From Vulcanimicrobiota bacterium (lineage in GTDB: Bacteria; Vulcanimicrobiota; Xenobia; Xenobiales; JADMJV01): a stretch of DNA of 64,000 nt. Position 1 is the stretch's first letter, and each line of letters opens with the position of its first letter. The notes beneath the pieces were generated by a model, which worked only from the letters and a program-made list of their open reading frames with translations, did not search any database and was not told the origin of the DNA. The stretch spans positions 22,752 to 86,751 of the forward strand of contig JAFKGI010000028.1 of the NCBI GenBank assembly GCA_017307785.1, given 5' to 3'. The position numbers were made by a program, and so were the translations under genes. Positions 35,244 through 44,126 of the stretch are shown here, piece by piece.

Positions 35244-36188
35244 ATGAAAAAGTGGTTGGCATTTAGTCTCATGGCTCTCTGGGCCTGTCAGCAAACGGCT
35301 TCGGCCCAACAACCTTACGCGCTGGTCGTACACGGTGGAGCCGGCGCCGACCCGGCTCAGATGGAGCCCGAGGAAATCGAAGGGGTCAAGGCGCGCATCA
35401 GCGAGGTCCTGACCCGGGGCCTGGAAGAACTCAAGGGCGGTAAATCCGCTCTGCGGGTGGTCGAACAGGCGGTGCGCGCGCTGGAGGACGACCCCTGGTT
35501 CAATGCCGGTCGTGGAGCGGCTCTCAATTCCGACGGCGAAGCCGAACTGGACGCCGCCATCATGGACGGCTCCAACCTCCACTGTGGTGGCGTGGCCGAC
35601 GTGCGCCGCGTGAAGAACCCCATCACCCTGGCTCGCTGGGTCATGGAGAAAACTCCCCACGTGCTGCTGGTCGGCCTGGGCGCCGATCGCTTCGGAGAAG
35701 AAAGCGGTCTGGAAATCGTCAACCCGGAATACTTCATCACCGAACGCGCTCGCCGAGCCCTGCGCAAGAAACAAGGGACGGTCGGCTGCGTAGCTCTGGA
35801 CCGCCAGGGACATCTGGCCGCAGCCACTTCGACGGGCGGCCTGACCAACAAGCGGCCCGGCCGCGTCGGCGACAGCCCCATCATCGGCGCCGGCACCTTC
35901 GCCGACGACCGCAGTTGCGCCGTTTCCGGCACCGGCGTGGGCGAAGAATTCATTCGCCATCAGGTAGCCGGACAGATTTCCCAGCGCATCCGTCTGACCG
36001 GCGTGACCCTGCCGGAATCGGTCCGCCAGACCTTCGCCGATGGCCTTCCCGACGATGTGGGCGGCGTCATTGCCGTCAATCGCAAGGGCGAATGGGTGAT
36101 GCATTTCAATACCGCCGGGATGTCCCGCGGCGTAGCCACTTCTAAAGGCGAATTTAAAGTTGCCATCGGTAAAGAGGGAACTGAATGA
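35244..36188 (+). CDS. isoaspartyl peptidase / L-asparaginase (Ntn hydrolase)
   Basis: 314 aa from the internal ATG, with signal peptide MKKWLAFSLMALWACQQTASA. It has VVHGGAG, the autoprocessing site GTVGCVALD and the GTGVGEEFIR motif. Confidence 0.9.
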   Translation: MKKWLAFSLMALWACQQTASAQQPYALVVHGGAGADPAQMEPEEIEGVKARISEVLTRGLEELKGGKSALRVVEQAVRALEDDPWFNAGRGAALNSDGEAELDAAIMDGSNLHCGGVADVRRVKNPITLARWVMEKTPHVLLVGLGADRFGEESGLEIVNPEYFITERARRALRKKQGTVGCVALDRQGHLAAATSTGGLTNKRPGRVGDSPIIGAGTFADDRSCAVSGTGVGEEFIRHQVAGQISQRIRLTGVTLPESVRQTFADGLPDDVGGVIAVNRKGEWVMHFNTAGMSRGVATSKGEFKVAIGKEGTE

Positions 36189-36236
36189 CCCTCTAGTTCA
36201 TTTGGCCTACGGGGTCAAAATCTAGGAGGTATTCCC

Positions 36237-36620
36237 ATGAAGAAAATGATTGCGGCGGCCGCCGCTCTTGTCCTGAGCGCGGGCCTCGCCCTGGCCGACA
36301 ACTTTCCCGACATCTCTCAGTCGGATTTGCAGACCGCCATCAAGGATAAGAAAGTCGTTTTGCTCGACTGCAACGGCAGTGATAGTTACAAGAAGGGCCA
36401 CATTCCCGGAGCCATTGATTTCAACGCCAAAGAAGGCGAAATCGCTCAGGTCCTGCCCAAAGACAAGGACACCATGATCGTCGCCTATTGCGGTGGACCC
36501 AAGTGCCACGCTTACGAGCAGGGTGCCAAAGCCGTGTCCAAGCTAGGCTACACCAATGTCCGTCACTTCAGCGCGGGCATTTCCGGTTGGCAAGAAGCCA
36601 AACTGCCGGTCGAAAAGTAA
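36237..36620 (+). CDS. rhodanese-like domain protein, secreted
   Basis: 127 aa; SD AGGAGG and a signal peptide MKKMIAAAAALVLSAGLALA. HIPGAI and the active-site-loop region IVAYCGGPKCHA are present. Confidence 0.75.
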   Translation: MKKMIAAAAALVLSAGLALADNFPDISQSDLQTAIKDKKVVLLDCNGSDSYKKGHIPGAIDFNAKEGEIAQVLPKDKDTMIVAYCGGPKCHAYEQGAKAVSKLGYTNVRHFSAGISGWQEAKLPVEK

Positions 36621-36626
36621 CCGGCC

Positions 36627-36660
36627 GGGGACCCCTGGGAATCGGGGGTCCCCTGTTTCT
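36627..36660 (+). terminator. Rho-independent terminator after the rhodanese gene
   Basis: 9-bp stem GGGGACCCC / GGGGTCCCC (36627-36653) followed by TGTTTCT. Confidence 0.55.
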
Positions 36661-36734
36661 GGGACCGAAAAAGTGGTCCAAAGTCGTAACGAAACTGTAA
36701 TGACGCCTCGAGGCAGATTTGTTAAACTGAGCTT

Positions 36735-37214
36735 ATGAAGAAGACCTTGATCGCTCTGGTTCTGACCACCGCCGCCGTCTGGGCCGCCCCCGAAGGCAAC
36801 GTCTATCACACCATCGACGACCCCACCTGGCACGTGACCAAGATTGGCTCCCGCTGGGTCATCGAAGACTCCAAGGGTTTCTTCGTGGGCTACTACGTCC
36901 CTCAGCCCACTCCCCCGGTCGCCGCCCCGGTCGTCAAGGCCGCCGAACCCGCTCCCACCGCCAGCGCTCCCTCGGCCGCCTCTCAAAATAGTTCAGCCGG
37001 CCCCAACAACAACTACGGATACGGGTACAGCAACGGCGGCTACGGTTACTACAGCAACTACGGCTACAACAATGGTTTCTATGGTCGTTCCCGCTACAAC
37101 AACGGCGGATACTATAATCCCAACTACAACCCCAACGCCTGGCAATGCCGGCCCCAGCCACAGCCTCAGCCCCAACCGGCGCCCAAGCCCGCCAAGGTCA
37201 ATCCGGTCTACTAG
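36735..37214 (+). CDS. secreted protein with Gly/Tyr/Asn-rich low-complexity C-terminal half
   Basis: 159 aa with signal peptide MKKTLIALVLTTAAVWA. The C-terminal half reads NNNYGYGYSNGGYGYYSNYGYNNGFYGRSRYNNGGYYNPNYNPN, then QPQPQPQPAPKP. Confidence 0.7.
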   Translation: MKKTLIALVLTTAAVWAAPEGNVYHTIDDPTWHVTKIGSRWVIEDSKGFFVGYYVPQPTPPVAAPVVKAAEPAPTASAPSAASQNSSAGPNNNYGYGYSNGGYGYYSNYGYNNGFYGRSRYNNGGYYNPNYNPNAWQCRPQPQPQPQPAPKPAKVNPVY

Positions 37215-37225
37215 TTACCGGCTCG

Positions 37226-37256
37226 AAAAATCGGTTCAGCGCGAACCGATTTTTTG
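37226..37256. terminator. bidirectional Rho-independent terminator between convergent genes
   Basis: AAAAATCGGTTC-agcgc-GAACCGATTTTT: a perfect stem flanked by an A run on one side and a T run on the other. The stop codon of the minus-strand gene (37236-37238) lies inside the hairpin. Confidence 0.65.
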
Positions 37257-38477
37257 CTTTATATGGGGTTTTTGCTCGTGCGGCGGGTGATGTCTCACGG
37301 AACTCCGCACCTCGGACCCGGCCACGGGCGCTGCTCCCCGACCGGCGCCCGTCAGTCCCAGCACCTTGAAGGCTCCCTGCTGCCGTAGTTGCTCCACCGC
37401 CTGACGACTGGTCGAGAAAATATCGCAGTTAAAGGGCTCGGAATGCATCAGGTCGGCCGCGTCGTCCATGAAGACCCGGCAAACGATCCGGCACTTGTGA
37501 TTCAAACCGCGCACGCGGTCGATGGTGGCCATCGCCAGACTGAAGTCATCCTCGGTAAAGAGCACTAGTTGCGCGTCGACCACGCCCGCCTGCTCCAGAA
37601 TTCGGTCATCGGTAAAACGACCCACGATATAGTGGCTCTTGTCCAGCAAATCCGACACGTCGTGATCGTGGGCCGCCACCACCGAAAACTCGTGCTCGAG
37701 TTCTTCCACAATGGGAATCATGCGACGCCCGAGCTGGCCGCCGCCAATCAAAACACAGCGTTCCACTTTGTTCTTGGTTAGATATTCGCGGAGAAACTGC
37801 GAGGCAACCCGACTGGTGGACACCACCGTGGCCTGATAGCGCTTGGACAGCACTTCACCAATATCATCATCGGCGCAGCGAGCCACCAGGTCGCATTTGG
37901 GATTGCGCTGGCGCACCAGACTGCAGATCACGGCGGCGCTTTCCAGATGGTCGCTGCAAATCATCACGAAGCGAGCATCTTTGACGTTGACCGCGTCCAG
38001 ATCGGCGGCGGTGCGCCCGCTGCCGACCAGACATGGATAGCCGTCACGAATCAACTCCTCCAGATTGGCCGGGTCAGGATCGACTACGGTCACCGGAATG
38101 TCGTGGTCAACCAACAACTGCCAGGTGCGTCGGCCCAGATTGGTAAAATGAAAGATGATGGCGTGTCGATGCAACTCTTCCGCCATCACCCGGCAGGTGG
38201 CTTCGGGACGAACCTGGCGCTGCATGTCCACCAGCAAGACCGAAATGACCAGTCCAAAGATCACGATGTCGGTCATGCTCGCGTAGAAGTAGCCCAGGTG
38301 GGAGTGGTCTTCCTGTAAGAAAGCCAGAATGGCCAGAGATTCTCCCGGACTATGACCGGTCATCACCAGTCCCACAAAGAAAAAGAGCAGCCAGGCCAGG
38401 AGCAAATTGAGCAACCAGCGATTCTGGCGATAGAGAAGTCGCACCTGAATCTGGCGACGACTGGCTTTCCAACCCAT
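37236..38477 (-). CDS. membrane protein with two RCK/TrkA-N NAD-binding-like domains (ion-channel related)
   Basis: 413 aa with an N-terminal TM pair and two Rossmann-like TrkA-N repeats (AIIFHFTNLGRRT..., VLIGGGQLGRRM...). I saw no canonical TVGYG selectivity filter. Confidence 0.7.
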   Translation of the reverse strand: MGWKASRRQIQVRLLYRQNRWLLNLLLAWLLFFFVGLVMTGHSPGESLAILAFLQEDHSHLGYFYASMTDIVIFGLVISVLLVDMQRQVRPEATCRVMAEELHRHAIIFHFTNLGRRTWQLLVDHDIPVTVVDPDPANLEELIRDGYPCLVGSGRTAADLDAVNVKDARFVMICSDHLESAAVICSLVRQRNPKCDLVARCADDDIGEVLSKRYQATVVSTSRVASQFLREYLTKNKVERCVLIGGGQLGRRMIPIVEELEHEFSVVAAHDHDVSDLLDKSHYIVGRFTDDRILEQAGVVDAQLVLFTEDDFSLAMATIDRVRGLNHKCRIVCRVFMDDAADLMHSEPFNCDIFSTSRQAVEQLRQQGAFKVLGLTGAGRGAAPVAGSEVRSSVRHHPPHEQKPHIKQKIGSR

Positions 38478-38503
38478 GTTTCTAGACCCCCAGGAAGTTC
38501 ATT

Positions 38504-39484
38504 TTAATAGGTGAGAACGACTTGCAGCGCTTCCGACGGCTCCCGGTCCAGCAAATCGAAGGCCTCGGCCGCCGCCGAGGCGGGGAAGCGATGCGTGATC
38601 AAGGCCTGCGGCCGAACTGACTCCAGCAAGCCGGTGGCCACCAGCATGCGGCGCTCTTTGGTCCAGGCGCCGGAGAGCGGCGCGTCCAGACTGGAGACCT
38701 GACTGCTGAGGATGTGAACGCGGCTGCGTTGGAAGCTCCCACCCAGTTCTGCCTCGGCCCGCTTGGTCCCGTACCAGGAGCCGATGACCACGCGTCCACT
38801 GAAACCGGTCGCCTGAATGGCCATCGTCAAGGTGCCGGGCTGTCCGCTGAGTTCATAAGTCAAATCGCAATTTCGCAACTCGGCCGCATCCTCGGGATGG
38901 AGGCTGTGCTCGGCTCCCCACTCCAGCGAAAGCTGCCGACGGAACTCGATCGGGTCACAGGTCACCAATTCCGCCAAAGGAAAGCGTCTTAGCAGCGCGA
39001 CCGTCAGCAGTCCCACCGTGCCCTGGCCGTAAACCGCCACGCGCTCCCCAATCATGGGTCGCCCATCTTGCAACAGGCCGACGGCCGTCTCCAGGTTGGG
39101 CAAAAAGACGCCGCTCTCGGGCTCGACCTCATCCGGCAGCAGCAGCAGATCTTTGGGACTGGCCAGAAAGTGGCTTTCGTGGGGATGGAAAGCAAAAACC
39201 CGCTTGCCTTTCCAGGTGGAAGATACGCCCGACCCGGTCTCCAAAACCCTTCCCACCATAGAATAGCCGAATTTGGTCGGAAAGCCGAAAATGGCGTCCA
39301 CTTCCGAGCCCATCTCTTCGTTTACCTGGCCACGATAGACCAACAATTCGGTGCCGGCGCTGATGGCCGACATTTCCGCCTGCACCAACACCTGCCCGGA
39401 ACCCGGGGCGACCAGGGTGTCTTTCTGGATCTCGATGGTGCGGGGCGAAGCGAAGACCACGGACTGACGAGTGAGGGTGGACAC
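38504..39484 (-). CDS. medium-chain dehydrogenase/reductase (zinc-type alcohol dehydrogenase superfamily)
   Basis: 326 aa with an MDR-like layout (GQVLVQAEMSAISAGTELLVYRG; Rossmann VAVYGQGTVGLL). Confidence 0.75.
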   Translation of the reverse strand: MSTLTRQSVVFASPRTIEIQKDTLVAPGSGQVLVQAEMSAISAGTELLVYRGQVNEEMGSEVDAIFGFPTKFGYSMVGRVLETGSGVSSTWKGKRVFAFHPHESHFLASPKDLLLLPDEVEPESGVFLPNLETAVGLLQDGRPMIGERVAVYGQGTVGLLTVALLRRFPLAELVTCDPIEFRRQLSLEWGAEHSLHPEDAAELRNCDLTYELSGQPGTLTMAIQATGFSGRVVIGSWYGTKRAEAELGGSFQRSRVHILSSQVSSLDAPLSGAWTKERRMLVATGLLESVRPQALITHRFPASAAAEAFDLLDREPSEALQVVLTY

Positions 39485-39493
39485 GAACGGATC

Positions 39494-40510
39494 TTATGCG
39501 AAAGCGGGTCCCCAGTCCTGCAATACCAGCTTATCGAAAGCCACCTCTCGCAGCGGAGCATTCAATTGTGTCAGAAAATAGAAAGAAGATTCGCGCAACA
39601 GCCGATTGGCCGGGTGTTGCAGCTGATTAGCCTGGCCGCCGCTACTGACGACGGCCGCTTGAGCCGCCTGCAAGGCCAGCAGATTAGCCCCGGCGCGAAC
39701 TTCCAGAGCTTCCGATGGATCGTCGGTCCAATCCAGAGCGCGCCGGCGCAGCCGGTCGGCTCGTTCGGCCAGACAGCGGCGAACCGTCTCACTGCTGATC
39801 CAACGAGCGGCCTCCCGGACCAACCCGAGCGGCAGCGCCGTATAGCCGAGCTGCGAGCGGAAGTCGCGGCGAGCCATTTCCTCGAGAGTCTGAGTAAGAA
39901 CCAGAGCGGCGCGAGGAACGACCAGGTCGTGCAAACGCAGAGATACCGTGGCCGAGGCCTGAATGGCGGACAAAGGCGGAGACTGGATACCCTCGATCCC
40001 CGAGTGCAGCGGGACCAGAGCGTAGATATCCACGCCCCGCTCGTCACGTCCGGCCAGCACCACTTCATCCATCAAGCCCCAGCCGCTAAACCAGGGCGCC
40101 TCTCCGCGGAATATCCAGCCGGTCGGAGTCGTTTCCACCGTAACCGGCGACTGCGGACGGCGCAGATGGGCGAAAGCGACGCCGCACAGGCGCCGGCCGG
40201 CCAGGTGGTCCTCGTGCAGCAAACCAGCATTGCCGCGCAGCAGAAACCCCAGTCCGCCCTGATGCTGGGCTTGCACGAAATGGGTCGACCCACAGGCGGC
40301 GGCCAGACTCTCGTTGACCTCCCAGAGCACCTCGGGAGGCGCCGCCAGGCCCCCGCGTTCCTGGGGCATAGCCAGCCGATAGACGCCGGCTTCTCCCAGG
40401 GCGCGCAGGTGCTCTAACGGCAAACGGCCACTGCGGTCAGTTTCCACAGCGGCCGTTCGGAACCGGTCGAGCAAAGGCTGCAGCTCCTGCAGCACGCTCT
40501 CGACGCGCAT
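39494..40510 (-). CDS. acyl-CoA dehydrogenase-fold flavoprotein
   Basis: 338 aa from the internal ATG (MRVESVLQELQPLLDRFRTAAVETDRSGRLPLEHLRALGEAGVYRL...), an ACAD-like N-terminal and middle-domain pattern. The upstream ORF extension is R-rich and overlaps the preceding gene. Confidence 0.65.
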   Translation of the reverse strand: MRVESVLQELQPLLDRFRTAAVETDRSGRLPLEHLRALGEAGVYRLAMPQERGGLAAPPEVLWEVNESLAAACGSTHFVQAQHQGGLGFLLRGNAGLLHEDHLAGRRLCGVAFAHLRRPQSPVTVETTPTGWIFRGEAPWFSGWGLMDEVVLAGRDERGVDIYALVPLHSGIEGIQSPPLSAIQASATVSLRLHDLVVPRAALVLTQTLEEMARRDFRSQLGYTALPLGLVREAARWISSETVRRCLAERADRLRRRALDWTDDPSEALEVRAGANLLALQAAQAAVVSSGGQANQLQHPANRLLRESSFYFLTQLNAPLREVAFDKLVLQDWGPAFA

Positions 40511-40512
40511 AC

Positions 40513-41376
40513 CTACACCATCAGAAGAGCGGGCGGGTTGGCCGGCGGATTCTCCGGGGGCTTGGGCTTGGCCGGATGCACTTCGGGTTTGTCGCGCGTG
40601 ATCAGACCGTGGGCGGCGAAGTTGTTCGGACAGAAAATCGGCACCACCGCGGCCGGGTCGGGCGAGCCATCGGGCTGCGTCTTGGGAATTTGCTGGGACT
40701 CGGGCACCTGCTTGTTGACGCCGTCGATCAGATTGGACAGGCACGAATTGTTGACGGCGTCATACATCGAGCCCTGGTGATCCTTGACGGCTTCGGCCAC
40801 GCGGTCGTTCAGCAAGGCAACCTGCTGATCGTGGTTGAGCAAAAGTTTGTAGACCTGCAGCGGATAGTGATCGTTGACGTTGGCCTTCTCCAGAGCGTCG
40901 GTCCAGGTGCCGAGCTGGTGGATGGTCGGATTCTTGGCGTTGGGGTCGTAGGCTTCGCCCTGGTGAAAGTGCTGCTCAACCGAGATAGCCAGGCCCGGGT
41001 CGGTTTGACCCTGGCTGTTGCGCACCGGAGAGTCGGCTTCGAATTCAAACTTCAGCAAGGCGTGACCGGGGACGTTCATCGGCTGATCGGTAAAGGGCTT
41101 GATGCACAAGAAAACGTCTTTGACTTTCTTGGGGTCGAAGATCGCGTCCGAGAAGACACCCTTTTCGATACACTCGCCGTTGGGCTGGTTCTCGATGTCC
41201 CAACGAACGCCGTCCAGGTGAGTCAGGCCGTCCTGCGTCGGACCCAGGTCGGTGGCCGCGTGCTGCAAGGCCGACCAGGGCTGTTGCGCCGGGGGCGCGG
41301 GCTGCGCCGGCGGTTGGGCGGGCGGGTTGGCCGGGGGCTGATTGGGGCGGTTGAAGGTTCTCTGTGTAATCATCAT
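40513..41376 (-). CDS. hypothetical protein, possibly DUF4105-like, with Pro-rich termini
   Basis: 287 aa with an N-terminal NRPNQPPANPPAQPPAQPAPPAQQP and a C-terminal PAKPKPPENPPANPP. The central HALLKFEF and YDAVNNSCLSNL resemble DUF4105 motifs, but this assignment is tentative. Confidence 0.5.
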   Translation of the reverse strand: MMITQRTFNRPNQPPANPPAQPPAQPAPPAQQPWSALQHAATDLGPTQDGLTHLDGVRWDIENQPNGECIEKGVFSDAIFDPKKVKDVFLCIKPFTDQPMNVPGHALLKFEFEADSPVRNSQGQTDPGLAISVEQHFHQGEAYDPNAKNPTIHQLGTWTDALEKANVNDHYPLQVYKLLLNHDQQVALLNDRVAEAVKDHQGSMYDAVNNSCLSNLIDGVNKQVPESQQIPKTQPDGSPDPAAVVPIFCPNNFAAHGLITRDKPEVHPAKPKPPENPPANPPALLMV

Positions 41377-41431
41377 AACGAGGTCATCTTAACCGCCTCG
41401 CCTCGGCCAGTTGTTTACCGGGTTGTGTCCT

Positions 41432-43327
41432 TTAGGACAACCAGGCCTGTCGCAAGCGGACCGCCCCCTCCGAAGCCCCGGGCAACTCTTCCAGAAAGGC
41501 CTGAGAGGGCGGACGAGCCGGGACCTCCAGTTCGCGCTTCTCCAGCTGACCGGTAAAAGGATCACTCCCCTGCACCTCGAGCTTGAGTGCGGCGCGATCT
41601 GCTTCCAACAGGCGAGCCGGCTGGCCGACGTAGGCGCTCAGTCCTTCGGCGGCACCGCTGCCGCCGGCACTGACGCCGGCCAACTTGAGAACTCCCTTGT
41701 CGTCCTGGGCCAGCGTGACGCCGAAAGCGGGCAAGGCCAAACTGCCGGCGGCCGGAGCCAGTCCCGAACCCGGTCCGTAGTCGACCTGGCCCTGAGGATC
41801 ACTGCTCAACAGGCCTCCGCTCAACGCCAGCTGACCGGCCGCAAAGCGGTCACCCCGTTCCGCCCACTGCATTCCGACCTGGCTCAGGATGCCGTCAAAA
41901 TCAAAGGGCTTGTGATCGTGCAGATAGTCCTGAAAGAACCGACTCACGCGCTGGTTTCCTCCGGCGGTGGCCAGAGCCAGGCGCTCCACATCTTCGACGC
42001 TCCAGAAGTGGTCCTGGCCGCCGAACTCGCTCTTGAGGGAGCGAAAGACATCGAACATGCCGCGCTCTCCGCCGGTAGCCGCCTTGATCTCCAGGTCCAG
42101 CAGGGCGCACGTGACGGCCCCCTTGTTGTAGAAACCGCTGTTACCCAGGTGGGCGTCAAAACTATTCTCGCGCGCGTTGCTGGGGTCCTGAGCGTAGGCC
42201 GCTTCGTAACCCCGGAACTGATCCTGGAGCATTTTCACGTACTGGCCTTCGCTCATCTGGCCACTCTTGCGCTGGAGCTCCATGGCGGCCCATTCCACGC
42301 CGCCTTCGCTCAGCCACAGGCCATCGCTGCAATGCACGTGAGCAAGGTCGGCGGAATCGATGCCTTCGTGACGCACGAACTTGGCCATCAGCTTGTGCAT
42401 CAACTCGTGAGCCATGATGTGACGCTCGTGAGCGCGTCCATCGCCGTCAAAGCGCCGCTCGATACCCGCCTGAGCAGCTTTGTGCAGCAGCAACTCGTGA
42501 CCGTGGTAGTGCTCGTAGCCGCCCGCGTTGGGGCCCTGGGCATGCAAATAATGCTTGGTGACCACGTACTTGTCGTCTTGACCGGCCAGGGCTTCGGGTA
42601 GCTGACGCGCATCATCGCGGCGCTGGCGGGGAAACTCGCCAAATTCTTTGGTGAAGGTGGCGTAAAGCTGCTGAAGGTCTTCGAGACTCTCCTCGGGAGT
42701 GGCTCCGTTGACTTTGATTCCGCTCCAGGGGGGCGTGCCGTTCTGGTTGATCTGAAGCAAGGTCTTGCCCTGACGGGCGCTGACCTGTTGGAACTGACCG
42801 GCCAGCACGTTGCTGTCGGCGATATCGTCATAGTTGGAAGCGTAAAACAACTCGGGGTGACCGGGCACGCTCTCCAGGGTGGAACTGGTTTTCCAATCGG
42901 CGGAGGGAAAGTTCTTGAGCTCGATCAGGCTGGGCTCATGTTCGCGGCCTTCCACGAACATCAGAGCGGAAGGACCGTTGACGTAGCTGAGCTTGTCGGT
43001 CAGATAGCTGCGCACGTGCGAGAATTCATCGGCTTTGACCCGGTATCTGAGGGTCAGTGGACCCGGAGCCTCGGCCTGCAAACGCCAGTGCCCGGCCGCC
43101 GTCTTCTCCAACTCGACCGGCTGGCCGGCCGCGTCGCAAGCGCTGAAACTGTTCAGCCGCAATGGTTGATTCAAGCTGTTGGTGGGAGAACCGGGGGAAA
43201 GCTGGGGCATCACCACATCCAGCGGTTCACTCCCCCGCCGTTCGACCTGCATTTCCACGCCAATCTGGCGCGTCTTGGTGTCGCTCAAGTCCAGTCGATA
43301 ACGAATCCCGGTCTTTATCTGATCCAT
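41432..43327 (-). CDS. M61-family glycyl aminopeptidase-like metallopeptidase with C-terminal PDZ-like domain
   Basis: 631 aa. The HExxH site (IMAHELMHKLMAKF) has a downstream Glu (WLSEGGVEW). The C-terminal GVTLAQDDKGVLKLAGVSAGGSGAAEGL is PDZ-like. Confidence 0.75.
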   Translation of the reverse strand: MDQIKTGIRYRLDLSDTKTRQIGVEMQVERRGSEPLDVVMPQLSPGSPTNSLNQPLRLNSFSACDAAGQPVELEKTAAGHWRLQAEAPGPLTLRYRVKADEFSHVRSYLTDKLSYVNGPSALMFVEGREHEPSLIELKNFPSADWKTSSTLESVPGHPELFYASNYDDIADSNVLAGQFQQVSARQGKTLLQINQNGTPPWSGIKVNGATPEESLEDLQQLYATFTKEFGEFPRQRRDDARQLPEALAGQDDKYVVTKHYLHAQGPNAGGYEHYHGHELLLHKAAQAGIERRFDGDGRAHERHIMAHELMHKLMAKFVRHEGIDSADLAHVHCSDGLWLSEGGVEWAAMELQRKSGQMSEGQYVKMLQDQFRGYEAAYAQDPSNARENSFDAHLGNSGFYNKGAVTCALLDLEIKAATGGERGMFDVFRSLKSEFGGQDHFWSVEDVERLALATAGGNQRVSRFFQDYLHDHKPFDFDGILSQVGMQWAERGDRFAAGQLALSGGLLSSDPQGQVDYGPGSGLAPAAGSLALPAFGVTLAQDDKGVLKLAGVSAGGSGAAEGLSAYVGQPARLLEADRAALKLEVQGSDPFTGQLEKRELEVPARPPSQAFLEELPGASEGAVRLRQAWLS

Positions 43328-43386
43328 AGGCGATCAGACTACTCGAAACTCGTGAAGAGAACCTTAAAACTCGGTGCTAGCTTCGT

Positions 43387-44126
43387 CTTGAAAAGGAGAG
43401 AAGGGGAACGAGGGACGGTGGATTCTGCGCATGTCGATTTTTAAGGTTAGGCCTGGCTCATGATCGACCCAACTCTAAAACCATCACAAGCAAGAACTCG
43501 GCCTTGCCGTGCAAGCCGTCTCCTGGTCCCCACTTCTCCCTGGTCACCCTTCCGGGACCAGCAAGCGCAGAACGCGTAGACTTCGTTCTGCGATTGTTTC
43601 CGTCGGAAAAGGAGAGAAGGGGAACGGGGGAAGGTGGAGAGATCGCAGCGACAGGCGCCTGCTTTTAGGTGCCTCGCCTCAGCTTTTGCGCATATTGATT
43701 TTTAAGGTTAGGCCTGGCTCATGATCGACCCAACTCTAAAACCATCACAAGCAAGAACTCGGCCTTGCCGTGCAAGCCGTCTCCTGATCCCCACTTCCCC
43801 CTGGTCACCTTTCCGGGACCAGCAAGCGCAGAACGGAAGGGTTAAGCGAAGACTCTCTCCCGCTTTCCCGGCTTCCCACCTTTCCTTTCGGGACCAGTCT
43901 TTCAGCTGGATGTTGATTTTTGAGGTTGGTTCCCGCTCAGGATCAATCCAGCTCTAAAAAACCATCACAAGCACGAACTCGGCCTTGCCGTGCGAGCCGT
44001 CTCCTGATCCCCACTTCTCCCTGGTCACCCTTCCGGGACCAGCAAGCGCAGAACGGAAGGGATGAGCGAAGGCTCTCTCCCGCTTTCCCGGCTTCCCACC
44101 TTCCCTTTCGGGACCAGTCTTTCAGC
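43387..44126. repeat. tandem array of three dispersed-repeat cores with P and T flanking modules
   Basis: Cores lie at 43436-43573, 43697-43834 (3 mismatches against copy 1) and 43915-44053 (5' third diverged, 3' two-thirds near-identical). Purine-rich P modules lie at 43387-43435 and 43592-43696. Pyrimidine-rich T modules lie at 43835-43914 and 44054-44126. A 9-bp hairpin CGCAGAACG/CGTTCTGCG lies at 43565-43591. Confidence 0.9.

Noticed and set aside
43387-44126. Possible CRISPR array.
   Set aside because: Repeat units are about 139 nt, far longer than CRISPR repeats. The intervening segments are themselves repeated modules (P and T). No cas genes are present in the window.
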